From NCBI RefSeq assembly GCF_006345805.1, contig NC_042997.1, forward strand, positions 90,830,001 to 90,894,000: a stretch of 64,000 bases of DNA, in the 5' to 3' direction. The stretch is from Octopus sinensis. Taxonomy: Eukaryota. Shown here piece by piece: positions 23,331 through 35,998 of this stretch. Under the pieces are notes generated by a model that was not told where the DNA came from, made no database searches, and saw only the letters and a list, made by a program, of their open reading frames with translations. Each line of letters starts with the position of its first letter. The first letter of the stretch is position 1. The translations under genes were made by a program, and so were the position numbers.

Positions 23331-24469
23331 GTCATTTATCATTACCTCTATGAGGCCCAACACTCGAAAGGTGATATTAGAAAAAACACGTGTAAACTAA
23401 CTGTTCGTAAACAAACCGAATTTCATGGGAAAGTACATTCCCTGATTTACAAGCACTTTTCTCCATTTATCAGTGTTGCCTTATTTTGCTCACACACACA
23501 CACACACATTGCTAAAGGCATGAAAGAGTCAAGTGATAGTGCTAGGTGAAAGATTGTCTTCCATCCAAAAACAAACGGTCTGCTACACCATTTATACTCA
23601 GTAAATTTTACAAGGATTTGGTCAAATTGCAGCTATAGAAGATATTTGACCAAAGTACAATGAACCAAAACACATTAAAATCTAATCATATATTCAAACC
23701 AATAAAATAATTGCACATAGTGATATACAATGCAACTAACTCTATTGGTATTTAGTACTTGATTCTTTTTTTTTTTTCTTTCTAGGATGGTGATGTAAAG
23801 CCTACAACCATTTAGGAACCCATTCAATTCAGGAAAATGAATAACCAGGTGAAGAATGTTGAGTGTTATTTTGATTAATTAGAATAAAATGTGAGCATAG
23901 AGGAAGTTGAAAAGGTATTCAACATAAGATAATAACTGATATAATTGTTAAGTAAAAGGTGGAGGGGTGTAAGACATGGTACACTTTAGAGTGAAGGATC
24001 TTGGACATTTGGACACATAAGAGATGCAGCAATATCAGAGGAAAGTTGAAAGGGAAAATAGTTTTTGCGTGTGAAAGGTACACAGGTACAATTAACACTA
24101 AAAATGTACATAAAATAGACACCATCAAATGCCAGGAAATTCATTTCAAGTAAATTTTTGTTGACATAGAGTCAAGATTTGAGCCAATAACTACTAATAT
24201 CTTTTCACCTAAGTTTGTAATATAAAATAATGTATTAAGGACTGGTAAATGTAGAAAAGTACCCAACAGCTGTTACTTATTTGGTTATATATATAATATA
24301 TCCCCGACCATCACACTACTTTATATTAATTCTTACCATCAACAAAAGTGAGAATTGATATAGAATAGGAGTGAGAATATAGACCAGTTAATACTTGTAA
24401 TAAATGGATTCTGTTAACTAGGATATATATATCATAATCATTTAACATTTGCCTTCCATACTAATATGG

Positions 24470-25000
24470 GTTGGACTACTTTCATAGGTGGGAGTCAATC
24501 AGAGAGTAGTGAAGTACAATACTCAGGCTGTTCACTTGTTAACAATTAAAGCTTCATCACATGAAGTCAAGTAATTGATAATTGTGTGGGCAGTGAATAC
24601 AGCCTTTGTACTGGTCAAATATGTCCCAAACATAATTGAAATGATCTAAATGTTTGTTTATTCATAACATTGCTTCTGTATGCCCACTACAATATTTTGT
24701 TTAACTGAAGCCAGCATCACACATGGGCAGATCATGTTTTGATAAAGAAACAAATGTTCCCAAATGCATTTCAAGGTTTTTATTCTTTTGCAATACACAC
24801 TGGTGATGATTGCCAAGAAGCAAGAAATGTATTCACTGTCCTGCCAAGAGTGAGCACCTTGAAATGACTATTGTATTTTTCAACACTTGTTCCCTAAAAC
24901 TGAAAAGGCTCTCCATGGCAAACTTAGCAGTGAATAAGACCTTTGTACAGATCAAATATATCCCAAACATATTTGAACTTACATGTTTGTCTAAATATTT
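24470..25000 (-). pseudogene. Second remnant of the same unidentified repeated-domain family
   Basis: FKYVWDIFDLYKGLIHC and FNYVWDIFDQYKGCIHC are 337 bp apart and are linked by one frameshift and a few stops. Confidence 0.5.
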
Positions 25001-25408
25001 ATTGCTTTCATTATATTTTATTACATAGTGTTAATTACAAAGGAGGTAGGAATCAATACAGAGAATAGGAAGAGATACACAGTAACTAGACAGTAGTTTA
25101 GTATTTAGTAGACATATCTTCTCAGGAATATAATCAGGAAAGTAGAAATCAAGAAGTTCAACTAATTACAAACTAATAATGTTATTCAAATAAGATAAAT
25201 ATGACTAACCCAGTAAATTACCATAGATAAAAAATGTCATCAATGGATGTGATATAAGTATAATGTAATCTGAAAATACCAAATAAATTAAGGGAATGTA
25301 AAGTAGGAAAGTAATCAAAAGAAACAAATGAAACAAGAAGAAAGACGAGAGTTATGCAGGTGACTAACTGTAGCAATTTTACAATTTGAGGACTTAATTA
25401 GAGGTACC

Positions 25409-25791
25409 TCTTTATATATAAAAGTGAAGTTGTGTGTCTGTCTCCTACGATTTAGATTCCTAACTACTCCCACATTTTGCGGTGCAGTGTAACCAAAAGC
25501 GGGTATCTTATAGTCGTGATTCATATCGAGCCCTTCTGGGTATTAGCGTGCGTCTACGATGAGTCTACGATTTTAAAAAAAATTTACCATCATTTTTTCC
25601 CATTTTTAATGCATTTTTGCTATTATATAAGGGAAGTAACTCTCTAAAAATGTATTATTAAATCTCAGAACGTAAAAAGCTACAGTAACACCCCACTTTG
25701 TGGTTAGCCATATTGAGATGGCTATTATACTTTACATCTCTAAAAATGCTTATATAGTTATTTCCCTTACAAACCCGGGCGATACTGCTAG
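25409..25791 (+). mobile_element. Non-autonomous Helitron, same family as 16595-17107 with a different interior
   Basis: TC start; shared gatttagattcctaactactcccacattttgc block; ...aaacccgggcgatactgCTAG|T end. Confidence 0.85.
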
Positions 25792-26453
25792 TTAGTGAAT
25801 AAATATTACAAAAGGAAATATTTAAGACTTAGCAAAATAGACTTCAAACAAAAAGTTTACCAGTAGATAAAACCAAGACTAAAGGTCATACAAAGGTCCA
25901 ACAAAATCAAAATAAGCCACCAAGAAAAGGAAGGTGGAGACTTAATGATACAGTGACAAACTAGCAAATTGATATCATCATTGTTTTATCAGCTACTTTT
26001 CCATGCTCGCATGGATTGGATGGAATTTGTTGAGGCAGATTTTATACAACCAGATACCCATCCTGTCAATAATCTTCACCTGTTACCAAGTAAGGTAATA
26101 TTTTCCCACGACCAGCCATGTAATCATGGAAGATTGGAAATCAAAGGACATCACATGTATGATGGAGACACTCATTTACAGCCATCATGCAATGTCAAGG
26201 CAGGGAGACAGTACAACGCACACACATATGAACATACATATACAATGGGATCTTTTCAGTTTCTGTCAACCAATCCACAAACAGGGCTTTTGTCAACATA
26301 GGGCTATAGTAGAAGACAATTGCCCAAGGTGCCTTGCTTGAGATAACATAGAAAAAGAAATTGAGATGCATCAAATGTATTAGAATAGCAGATATACACA
26401 TATGACCTTTATTTTTGAGGGAAAAAAAACAATAAAAATTAAAATATAAAAAC

Positions 26454-26507
26454 CTTGAATTGTCCACCAGTTCAGCCAAAGCACCAAACAGGAATTCATG
26501 AGTTGTT
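26454..26507 (-). CDS. MORC2: MORC2 coding exon 2 (TTHEFLFGALAELVDNS-R; GHKL motif I)
   Basis: Acceptor tttcag at 26508; donor AG|GTTTTT; 54 nt. Confidence 0.96.
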
Positions 26508-29500
26508 CTGAAATCAAAAAAAAATATATATATATATAAATAAAAATAAAACCAAAAGAAATGGTATTTGTTTTCTACTTGTAAAGATATCTCAATATAA
26601 CAAGCCTTGAACCAGGGGTATGAAAAAAGATAAAATGCAAAAATCTATCATTGGACAATATTTCAAGACCCTTTCCGCTTATATTTGTACTCAGATTAAA
26701 ATTTAAACATGATACACGACTGACTATATGGTCATGTGTCAAACCTATCTACATCAATAGAGTTATGACTCTGTACAACAGGCATTCACACCCAAGCTGT
26801 CAACAACACCAACATGTTAACATCCACTTTGCCATTCTCACATAGGTGAGACAGAATTTGTTGAGGCAAATTTTCTTTAGTTAGATGTCCTTCCTGTTGC
26901 CAACCCTCACCTATTTCCAAATCAGGTAATATTTCCCCATGACCAGACATGTTTTCATGGAAGATTGGAAACAAAGGACACTACTTGCATGACAGTGACT
27001 CTCATTTACAACTATCACATGATGTCAAGGCAAGGAGATAGTAATGTGTGCACGTGTGCACGCACAAACACACACACACACACAGGCTTTTTTCAGTTTC
27101 TGTCTACTAAATCTACTCTTAAAGTTTTGGTTGGCCTGGGTCCAGAGTAGAAGACACTTGCCTAAGGTACCATACAGGGAGTGTGAACTCAGAACCATGT
27201 GGTTGGGAAACAACCTTCTTACTACACAGCCAAACTTGCTTGTAAAAGATATTTAACCCTTTAGCATTCTGATTACTCTGTCAAATGTAATGCTGAATTA
27301 TTCATATTGATATGAATTAATCATGCATTATCTTGTAGCTTTGAGATTTTGATAATGTTACTGTTTAGTTTTAGAATAACATTGTAGGTAGGTGTGGGAG
27401 GCTGATCTTGCTGCTTTGAACATAGAACAGCTAGAATATTTTGGCTGGATATGGCTGGTTTAAATGCTGAAGGATTAAATAAAGAACCCAAAGATATTAT
27501 CGGTAACTAGAATAGCAATGGTAATTTGATAAAGGTGTGCTCTCTTTCAGATTTTGTATCCTTTCACCATCACCACACTGCAGCTTCAATAAGGGACTGA
27601 ATTCCATTGCTGACTAATTCACTTACCTGATAACAGAGCAAGAGTGCCACAGTAGAGGCTATGAATGTACATTGAAACCCTTTCACATGCAGCTAGCAGC
27701 AAAGTAGTTTAAGAGGACAGTAGCAGCAATAGTTTTAGTAATGGTGATGGTGCTGGTGCCAGTATCTACTATTAGTAGTACTTTGCTGTTCTCCAGACAA
27801 AGCACTAAAATTCTCCCTTCTTTTACAGAAAGAGAGAACAGTTCAGTAGTAGAACAAGAAATTGATGTGTAGTTAGATGATTTACAATGTGCGCTGTCTA
27901 TATGTATTGTAAATGTGAAAAATAAATATTGTGTATGTGTTTTGATGATGTACAATGTTTTCCAAATTCTTTCTTTTCTTTTTTACTAACTAATCTGAAA
28001 TTAATTCAAAAGAATGCAAATAAATAATCTGAATTCTAAAGGGTTAAACAAAGTGCTGATGGACTCCCCCATTGAAGACTATGTATGAGTGTTCAACTTT
28101 TGCTGAATGACCTGCACAAATGATTTGTTTATAGTGATCAAATGTTTGTGTCATACATCAGCTCACTCCCTCCATCAAATTCACATTGTCTGAACAGGTG
28201 CACAATGTACCACATATCAGGTGTTGAAATGATCACAGAGCAATGTGAGATGAAGTATTTTGCTGAAAAATACAATGCACCCCACCCAGAATAGGAACTG
28301 AAGTCACGATCCTGCAATCATGAGTGCAACACCTTAAACATTAGACCATGTGCCCTCATTAAACAAAGTAAGAAAGAGCAAAATAGAGTGAAATGTCTTA
28401 TCCCAGGATAAAGTACAAATCTTCTAACAATATCTGAAATTCAATACATAAACCTCTTAGCCACCAAAGCACTTGTATTACCTACATTAATAAAATTCAG
28501 AAACACTAACCATTTGACTTTTGCCAATTTCTCATCAAACAATTATGCAAGTACAATAATAAGTAAAAGAAATAAAAATGTAATTAAATGTAAGTATCTA
28601 TTTATACTTGGCTGTAATTCAATAAGTTGCAAATCATTAAATAAACCTGAATCACTTCTTTATCCATATTACAGCTATGGACATACACTGAGAAATAATA
28701 ATAATTAAAAATAACCTATCTTACTGAAACCAGTAAAGTATTTTTTTCAGGCCAATAACAATTTTTAGCACTGGCAGAAAGCCACAGATTTTTGAAGAGT
28801 AGTTTAGTGGATACCGCTATTATTAGGTATGAAGAAATAGGTGGTAAGCAGACAGAATCATTAGCATGATGGAGAAAATGCTTGGCAGCACTTCATCTGT
28901 CTTTATGTTCTGAGTTCAAATTCCACCAAGGTTGAGTTTGCTTTTCATCTTTCAGGGTCGATAAAATAAGCACCAGTTGAGCACTGGGGTTGATGTAATT
29001 GACTAGCCCTCCCTCTCTCCCAAAATTTCAGACCTTATACCTAAAGACAAAACGATTATTAGGTATGAAAGACAAAGTGGACCCTGTTGTGATGACGAAA
29101 ATTCCTGATAGCCTTTAATCAATTTAAAAAAGGCATATATTGTCAGCAGCTGGAGTGGTGGAAAATAATGTGACATAACTATTTTTATAGATAAGTATCT
29201 TTTATCATATTCCATCCTTTTAATATATTGTTACCACATATGTAAATAAATTGCCTACATCATACAATCCTTATCTCTGTTCATCAAGTCTACATTTAAA
29301 ATAATTAACCTATTATTTTTTCATTCTAAACACAATTAGGCACTTTAATGTTCAAGTTCACAATTATTTATATTAAAAGCAGCATTCACTCTCTTGTATC
29401 TTTAGAGTACATGCTGTACCTCATCACCACAATGTTCTTCTCTCCTTTTCCAGCTAGGGTAGCCATGTATCTCCATAACAGCAAGACAACTTTTTCTACC

Positions 29501-29849
29501 TCCAACAACACTACATACAGCACACTTCAATCAAGTGGCCTTGTCTTGCAAGTTACTAAATGACCTCAATAGTGCCAGTAACACAAAAAAGCACCCACTC
29601 AGTATATTCTGTAAAGTGGTTAGTGTTGAGAAGGGCATCCAGCCATAGAAACCATGCCAAAACAGACAATGGAGCTTAATACAGTCCTCTGACCTGTTGG
29701 ATCCATCAAACCATCGAACCCATGCCAGCATGGACTAAGGATGCTAAAATAATGATATTATGCAGCCAATCAAAAAATTATTATGACTTATTAAAGATAG
29801 AATTTACAGATTTAAATGGTTAACTGATTTACAAATTTTTGTTGATGTA

Positions 29850-31650
29850 TGAAATAAAGCATATTCAAGATTCTCCACAGTAAAGTTAGGTTACTGAATG
29901 AAGATGTCATCATCATGTTCATTGTTAACATTTTGATGTATGCTTTTCTCTGCTGGCCACAGGGATCTAGATCTCTTTTAGAAATTGCATCTTCCCTACC
30001 AATTATGAATCCAACAAGAGAGTAATTTGGAGTAGGCTCCACAAATTCTACAGGTTTCATCAGTGATTCCAATTTTGAATTACATACATGACAAACTGTC
30101 CCAGGTTTAAAACATTAGGTAATGTTGATCCAATAGAAAGCTCCCTAGAAAATGTGAACAGCCTTTCTTGGAAGTGTAGCAGTACAGAACAATGTATATT
30201 TGTAACTGCAAATAGCAATGATTGTATAGCATGTAGAGTATCCAACAGCTTCTCATTATAAAATGCTTAATTTCTTTTTACTTTCAAGGGCTAACTTTGT
30301 ATAGTTCCAAATAATTTCATTATATCTTGTGAGTATATATGCAGGTCATACAGCTTGTTTCAACTTGGTAGCTATAAAGGTGTTCCTCTCCTATCTAAAT
30401 GAATAAACAATGGTATTCCAAAAATAAAGAGATGGGATAGGCATCTTCTTACAGAAATACTTATAGCATGAATTGACAAATAGAAAATTTGTTGACTATA
30501 GGAAGTATGCATTTCAATTATGAAACTGGAGAAGCAATGTTTCTTGTGGGGTGGGGATATAGAGGATTGAAAAAAGGGTCTGATGTATTATTGTTTAATA
30601 AAATTAGGAGAGTTTCAAACTTTTTAAACTTATCCAATAGCAAGAAGAAAGAAGATTATATGAATGCAAACTCAATTTTGTCTTCTTAATAAAAAGGACA
30701 AAAAACACAAATTCCATACCACTATTTAGAGTCTATAGAGACAAGTGTTCAAATGGACAGATAGTTTTTTCAATGTGATAAGAAAGTTTTTCAGACGTCA
30801 GAAACTTGAAAATATGCCACAGATCTACCATCTTAGGACAATGTCAAAGAAATAGTTTCAACAGTTAGATCTGTTCCAATAATTAAAGGTCAAGTAATTG
30901 TCATTAGCAGCTGTTCATTTAATTTTTTTTTAATAGAATTCATACATCCTATATTCCTCAAATAGAGGGAAACTTGCACTGATTGACAGCTTTTATTTTA
31001 ATAACTAGAAAACCTATTGGCACAGTATACAAATAAAGGTCAAGCATCCACTTTACTTACTATTTTGAGGTCAAAGGCATCCTGGATCAAGACCTAATTC
31101 CCTGTGTGAAAGTAATTAACCACATAGGTTAATAGAAGTTAGACTATATTTACATTTACTTTTTGATTATATCCAGCAACTTTAAAAACAATGCACTAAA
31201 CCAGTATGGTTTGGTTACAACCGATTTGCAATTTAGAGTGATATGTTCTAAAGTTAGTCAAATTTAGTTGAGTAAGAACATCATCTTCATTCATCATCAC
31301 TATCATTTACCATCCATGTTATGAGCTGAAAGTTCTGATATGTGATAACACTAATCTCTTTATGTAATTTAGAAAAAAAGGTGTACTATACCAGCATTTA
31401 GTTGCAGAAGAGTAGTAAGTCTTACATTTATATAAATTTAATAGTTAAAGATATCTTAGTAATACAGAACCCATTACTTTGTGTTGTTAGCATGGAAACA
31501 ATATCTATTTTAAGATATGCTTTCAAGTTGAGTTGATTAGCCAATTTTTGACAAATGAAATCTTCAGTTGAGCCAGAATTTATGAGAGTGTAAAACACTG
31601 TGGCATTAATTTTCATTGTATTATAGGTGTAAGAGATCAATAGTATATCA
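29850..31650 (-). mobile_element. Degraded Ty3/Gypsy LTR retrotransposon pol remnant
   Basis: Protease-like KINATVFYTLINSGSTEDFI (31428-31640); RT start CKSVVTKPYWFS; integrase core FGIPLFIHLDRG; integrase C-terminus DTLHAIQSLL...ERLFTF and VEFVEPTPNY...GRED.ISKRDLDPCG. Order is PR-RT-IN. Confidence 0.82.
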
Positions 31651-34600
31651 TGAGCAAGCTACAGAAATTTATCCAGATTGAATAACTGAAAATACCCTAG
31701 ATTAATGTTTCTCAAAGTGAACAGTACCACCCCGAGAAGGGTGGTGGAACTAGAAAATATTATATGAATACTGGGAACAAAAAGGGGCAAATCTATCCAC
31801 AAGGCTTAGGTCAGCCCGAGGCTATAGTAAAAGACACTTGCCCAAGGTGCTATGCAGTAGGACTAAACCCAGAACCATGTGATTGTAAAGGAAGCTTCTT
31901 ACCACACAGCCAATCCTTTAATCAATTCTAGAAACATTATACTCTTAGAAACCATTGCTAGAAAAAAAACTGCTTTTTTTTTGGATTTCAGGATTTCAAA
32001 ACTAAATACTGCAAGGATTTGGTTTCAGACACTATCTTTTGCTTACATCACTAACAATAATCATGTCACAATAAAATTTACCCTACAATTTTTATGGAAG
32101 TTAGTGACTCATTAACCTCCACCTTCTAAAGATATTAGTAAAACCAGCTAATACGTTGAAGTATTGTTCATTCACATCCCATTATTGACACTATGCTCTA
32201 TTGTAAGAATAACCTTCACTTGCCCCACTTACATAACAATGTTGTCAAGATAAGACTGAGAAAAACTCAACAGTTGAATAACAAACTAAACAATAAATTG
32301 GAAAGTAGCTTGGCTCAGTGCTTTTGTAACAAGATCAAACATGTTCACATGAGAAATGGCATAAATTTTATTAACTCTGGTCAGATGGAAGGGAAAATTT
32401 ACTCAAGCAGGATTTGAACTCAGAAAAATCGCTCAGTACCAATTAAACTGGTACTGATATTTTGTTACCGTAGCTGTTGCTTCAACATATTCCAGTGGTT
32501 AATTTTGGGGTTTTTTTTAGATGAATTTAATTTGTAATTTAAGAAAATATACTATATGCCATTTAAAAATCCAAGAGCTTGCATTATCATCAACATCATT
32601 ATTGCATAGACGTTTTCTATATGGTTGTCCTTCCTGTTGCCAAGCCTCATTTGTTTCTAAGCAAGGTAATATTTTCCCATGGTCAACCACATTTTCACAG
32701 AATATTGGAAATGAGACACTGCTTGTATGACACTCATTTACAATTATCATGTGATGTCAAGACAAGGAGACACAAACATACACATTCACACACCTCTATA
32801 TACACATATGTATATATAAGAAAATGAGATGACAAAGGAATAAACAATTATCTTATGAACTTCATTAGCTTAAATCTGTTTCTGCTATAGATGCAGTGGA
32901 CTCATAGTTGAGTGCTTGAGTAACATCTTATAGCTTTATCAGAGACTCAAATATGAAATGCAATTTTTTTAATTTTCTTATCACCCTATACTCTTTAACA
33001 CTTCATTCTGAAACATATGTATATTGAGTTCTCTAATATGCCTAAGCGAAATATATATATATACGTATGTATTATTTTATTTATATTTAGCAGAACTAAC
33101 AGAGTGACTCAAGGTCTGAGAGTCACATGCATTGGTACTTATCAAACTTTATAAGTTTGACAAGTCCAGTGCACAAAACTCTTGGACTCTGAGTCAATCT
33201 GTTACTTCTGCTAAATATTAATAAATAAAAATATACATATATGCATATTTTGAGTCCTATTTTTCCTGTTTGCCCGAACATATCTGGATGGATGGATGGA
33301 TATAGACATCTGTAAGTTTTTGTCTACCAAATCCATTAACAAGGCATTGGACAGCACAAGGCAAAGTGCTGTTTAGTGTGATTGACCCAAAACCACTGGT
33401 TGGGTAACATAGTTCTTAACACAGCTACATGTTACATATCCTTAGAAAATTTAGAATTGAATGTAACACGAATGTAGGCAAAGGATCACTGATAAATAGC
33501 TATCTTAATGAGTTAATGCTGTAGTGAGAGAAAATTGTTTACATCGTTTATATCATGTTGAAATATGAAGCTGCCACTCACTACATACAAGTGACTACCA
33601 GCATCCTATCCTCAGTACAGAATCATCTGATATAGTCAGTATGGCATTATCTTAGAATATTTAGAATTCATCTAAGTAGATAAGCTAAAATAAACTGTTT
33701 ACTGACCTACTTTGTAAAAGCACTCCAACTTATAGACATAAACAGCTAAATAAACAGACCTGCTGCAGGCTTGTATTTAAACAAAAACACTGTCAGCCAG
33801 TAATTCTTATCCTCTAATGTTTACATAATCTCTACAACCTCTGCATTCATGTTAATCAACTTCTGTTGTAAATTATGAAAGAAATTATATTAAAATTTCA
33901 GTTACTTTATAGCCCTTTAGCATTCAGATTATTCTGGGAAATGTGATGCTTCTTTATTCACGATGGTTTTGAATTAATCAAGCATTTTGTAGCTTAAAGA
34001 TTTCAATAATGTGATTGTGTATTTTTAGAATGACATTGTAGGGTAGGTGCAGGAGGCCAGGACTGTTCAGTTTGATCATAAAACAGGTAAAATATTTTGG
34101 CCAGATATAGCCTATTAAAATGCTAAAGGGTTAAATTTATACTAAAACATTGCTTGTATTAGAACAAAGCCACAGTTTATCTAAGGAATAAACTCCAATA
34201 CACAACTGAAATTAACAAGCTAAGAGAGATGTAAGGTAGAAGTAACTCCAACAAATAAAAGGGACACACAGGGGTAATTAGGGTAACTGAGACATTAGAA
34301 TGCTAGACTAAATCATTATCATCATCAGTTTAATGTTCAACTTTTCCATGCTCATATGGATTGGATGGCTTTTTGTTGAGGAAGGTTTTCTACAGCTGAA
34401 TGCTCTTACTGTTGCCAACCCTCACCTGTTTCCAAGCAAGGTAATATTTTATCATGACCAGACATGCAATGTCAAAGCAAGAAGACAGTAACACACACAC
34501 ACATACACACACATGCATGCATGTAAGTGCATGCACACATACACACACACATATACAATTTAGTTTTGAAAATTCTTAAGAATCAAGGCACATCAACCTG

Positions 34601-35998
34601 AAGAACTCCAAAATGGCTAGGTACAATCACGTAGAGCTCAGTTAGATAAAACAACATTGAAGATTTCAAGTATTGACAAGATACTTTAGATATGCAAGTA
34701 CAAAATCCAATTTATAATTATAGATCTGACTCACCAGTGGGCCTTTGATGTGGCATAGGGATAACAAATTAAACACAAATGGTGTTTAAAATTTACAACA
34801 GTTGTTTCGGTAGCATTTAATTTAATGTAGTCATAAAAGATTACATCATAATATACAATCCACCATCATCAGGTAAAATTTTAAACATTGACCTGGACAT
34901 AGCCAACATTTGTTGAGCTAGTAACATATTAAGGTTTACATTCAAATTTATAGAAGACTTAGGTGTGGTTTAAAACAGGTAATTATGAAACAAAGATAAG
35001 AAATCACATAAATATACAACAGGGAAATCTAATTTCACTTATCTACACTAGTTTATAGTTCAACACAGACACTAAGTAATAAGAGCTTTTTATAGACATA
35101 TTAGATGCCAGGAATTGTAATTAAAAAGTCGTCAAAATCATAGCATACTTATTTTAGGTTAGAGGAGACATTCAAGAGAGTTCACCAACCACCAAAACTA
35201 AAGTCATCAACTTTCACCCCTTTCATCTAGGACTATAGGTACCACACAGTAGAACTGAACCCAAAACCATGTAGTTGGAAAGCACACTTCTTGCCACATA
35301 GCCATGCCTGTACCTACTTTATATTATTTTCATTGGTCTTAGATTTGGCTGCAATTATGCTGAAGTTGACCTGAGTCTTCATGACTTGATTTAACTCAAG
35401 TCCCAGAAATAGACTAAGGATCAAGTCATTTACTTATACTTCACCTCAATAATAACTTGCTAGCCTTATGTGTAAATAGTGGTGGTGGTGGTGGTGGTGG
35501 TACTGGTAATGGCAGCAGTAATTACTCCTGTAACCTTATTGACATATTGGAACACCACTGAAAACTCAGTGTTCATGTTGTGATTCATCAGGAGTGGAAA
35601 CCAATATTAACGAGAATATTAAGAAACCAATATTAACAAAAACATTTTTGTAACTGTTTCACTCTGATGTCATGCTTTATTTGATAGATGAATAAATACT
35701 TTTCCAATTATTAACAACTTACAAAAAGTGACAAAATTTATGTATATCAAAAAAAACTGCGAGTTATCCAATTTTAGTAAAAGACATGAAATGGTATCTT
35801 ATGGTATCTGATGAAATCAACCCTTTAGCATTAAACTGGCCGTATATGGTCCAAATATTCTATCTGTGTTTTATGTTCAAACTGGCCATATCCAGCCTCT
35901 CACACCTACCCTACAATGTCCTTCTAAAAATAAACAAACATTATCAGTATCTCAAAATTATGAGATAAAGCATGATTAATTCAAAATGTGAATAAATA

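Noticed and set aside
3599-26479. ORF-track calls 3599..3859, 17699..17890 and 26195..26479 as standalone genes
   Set aside because: They are MORC2 exons read through into flanking intron.
29812-30300. Novel CxxC protein (PGTVCHVCNSKL)
   Set aside because: Adjacent frames give Gypsy integrase C-terminal motifs, so the CxxC is an off-frame by-product.
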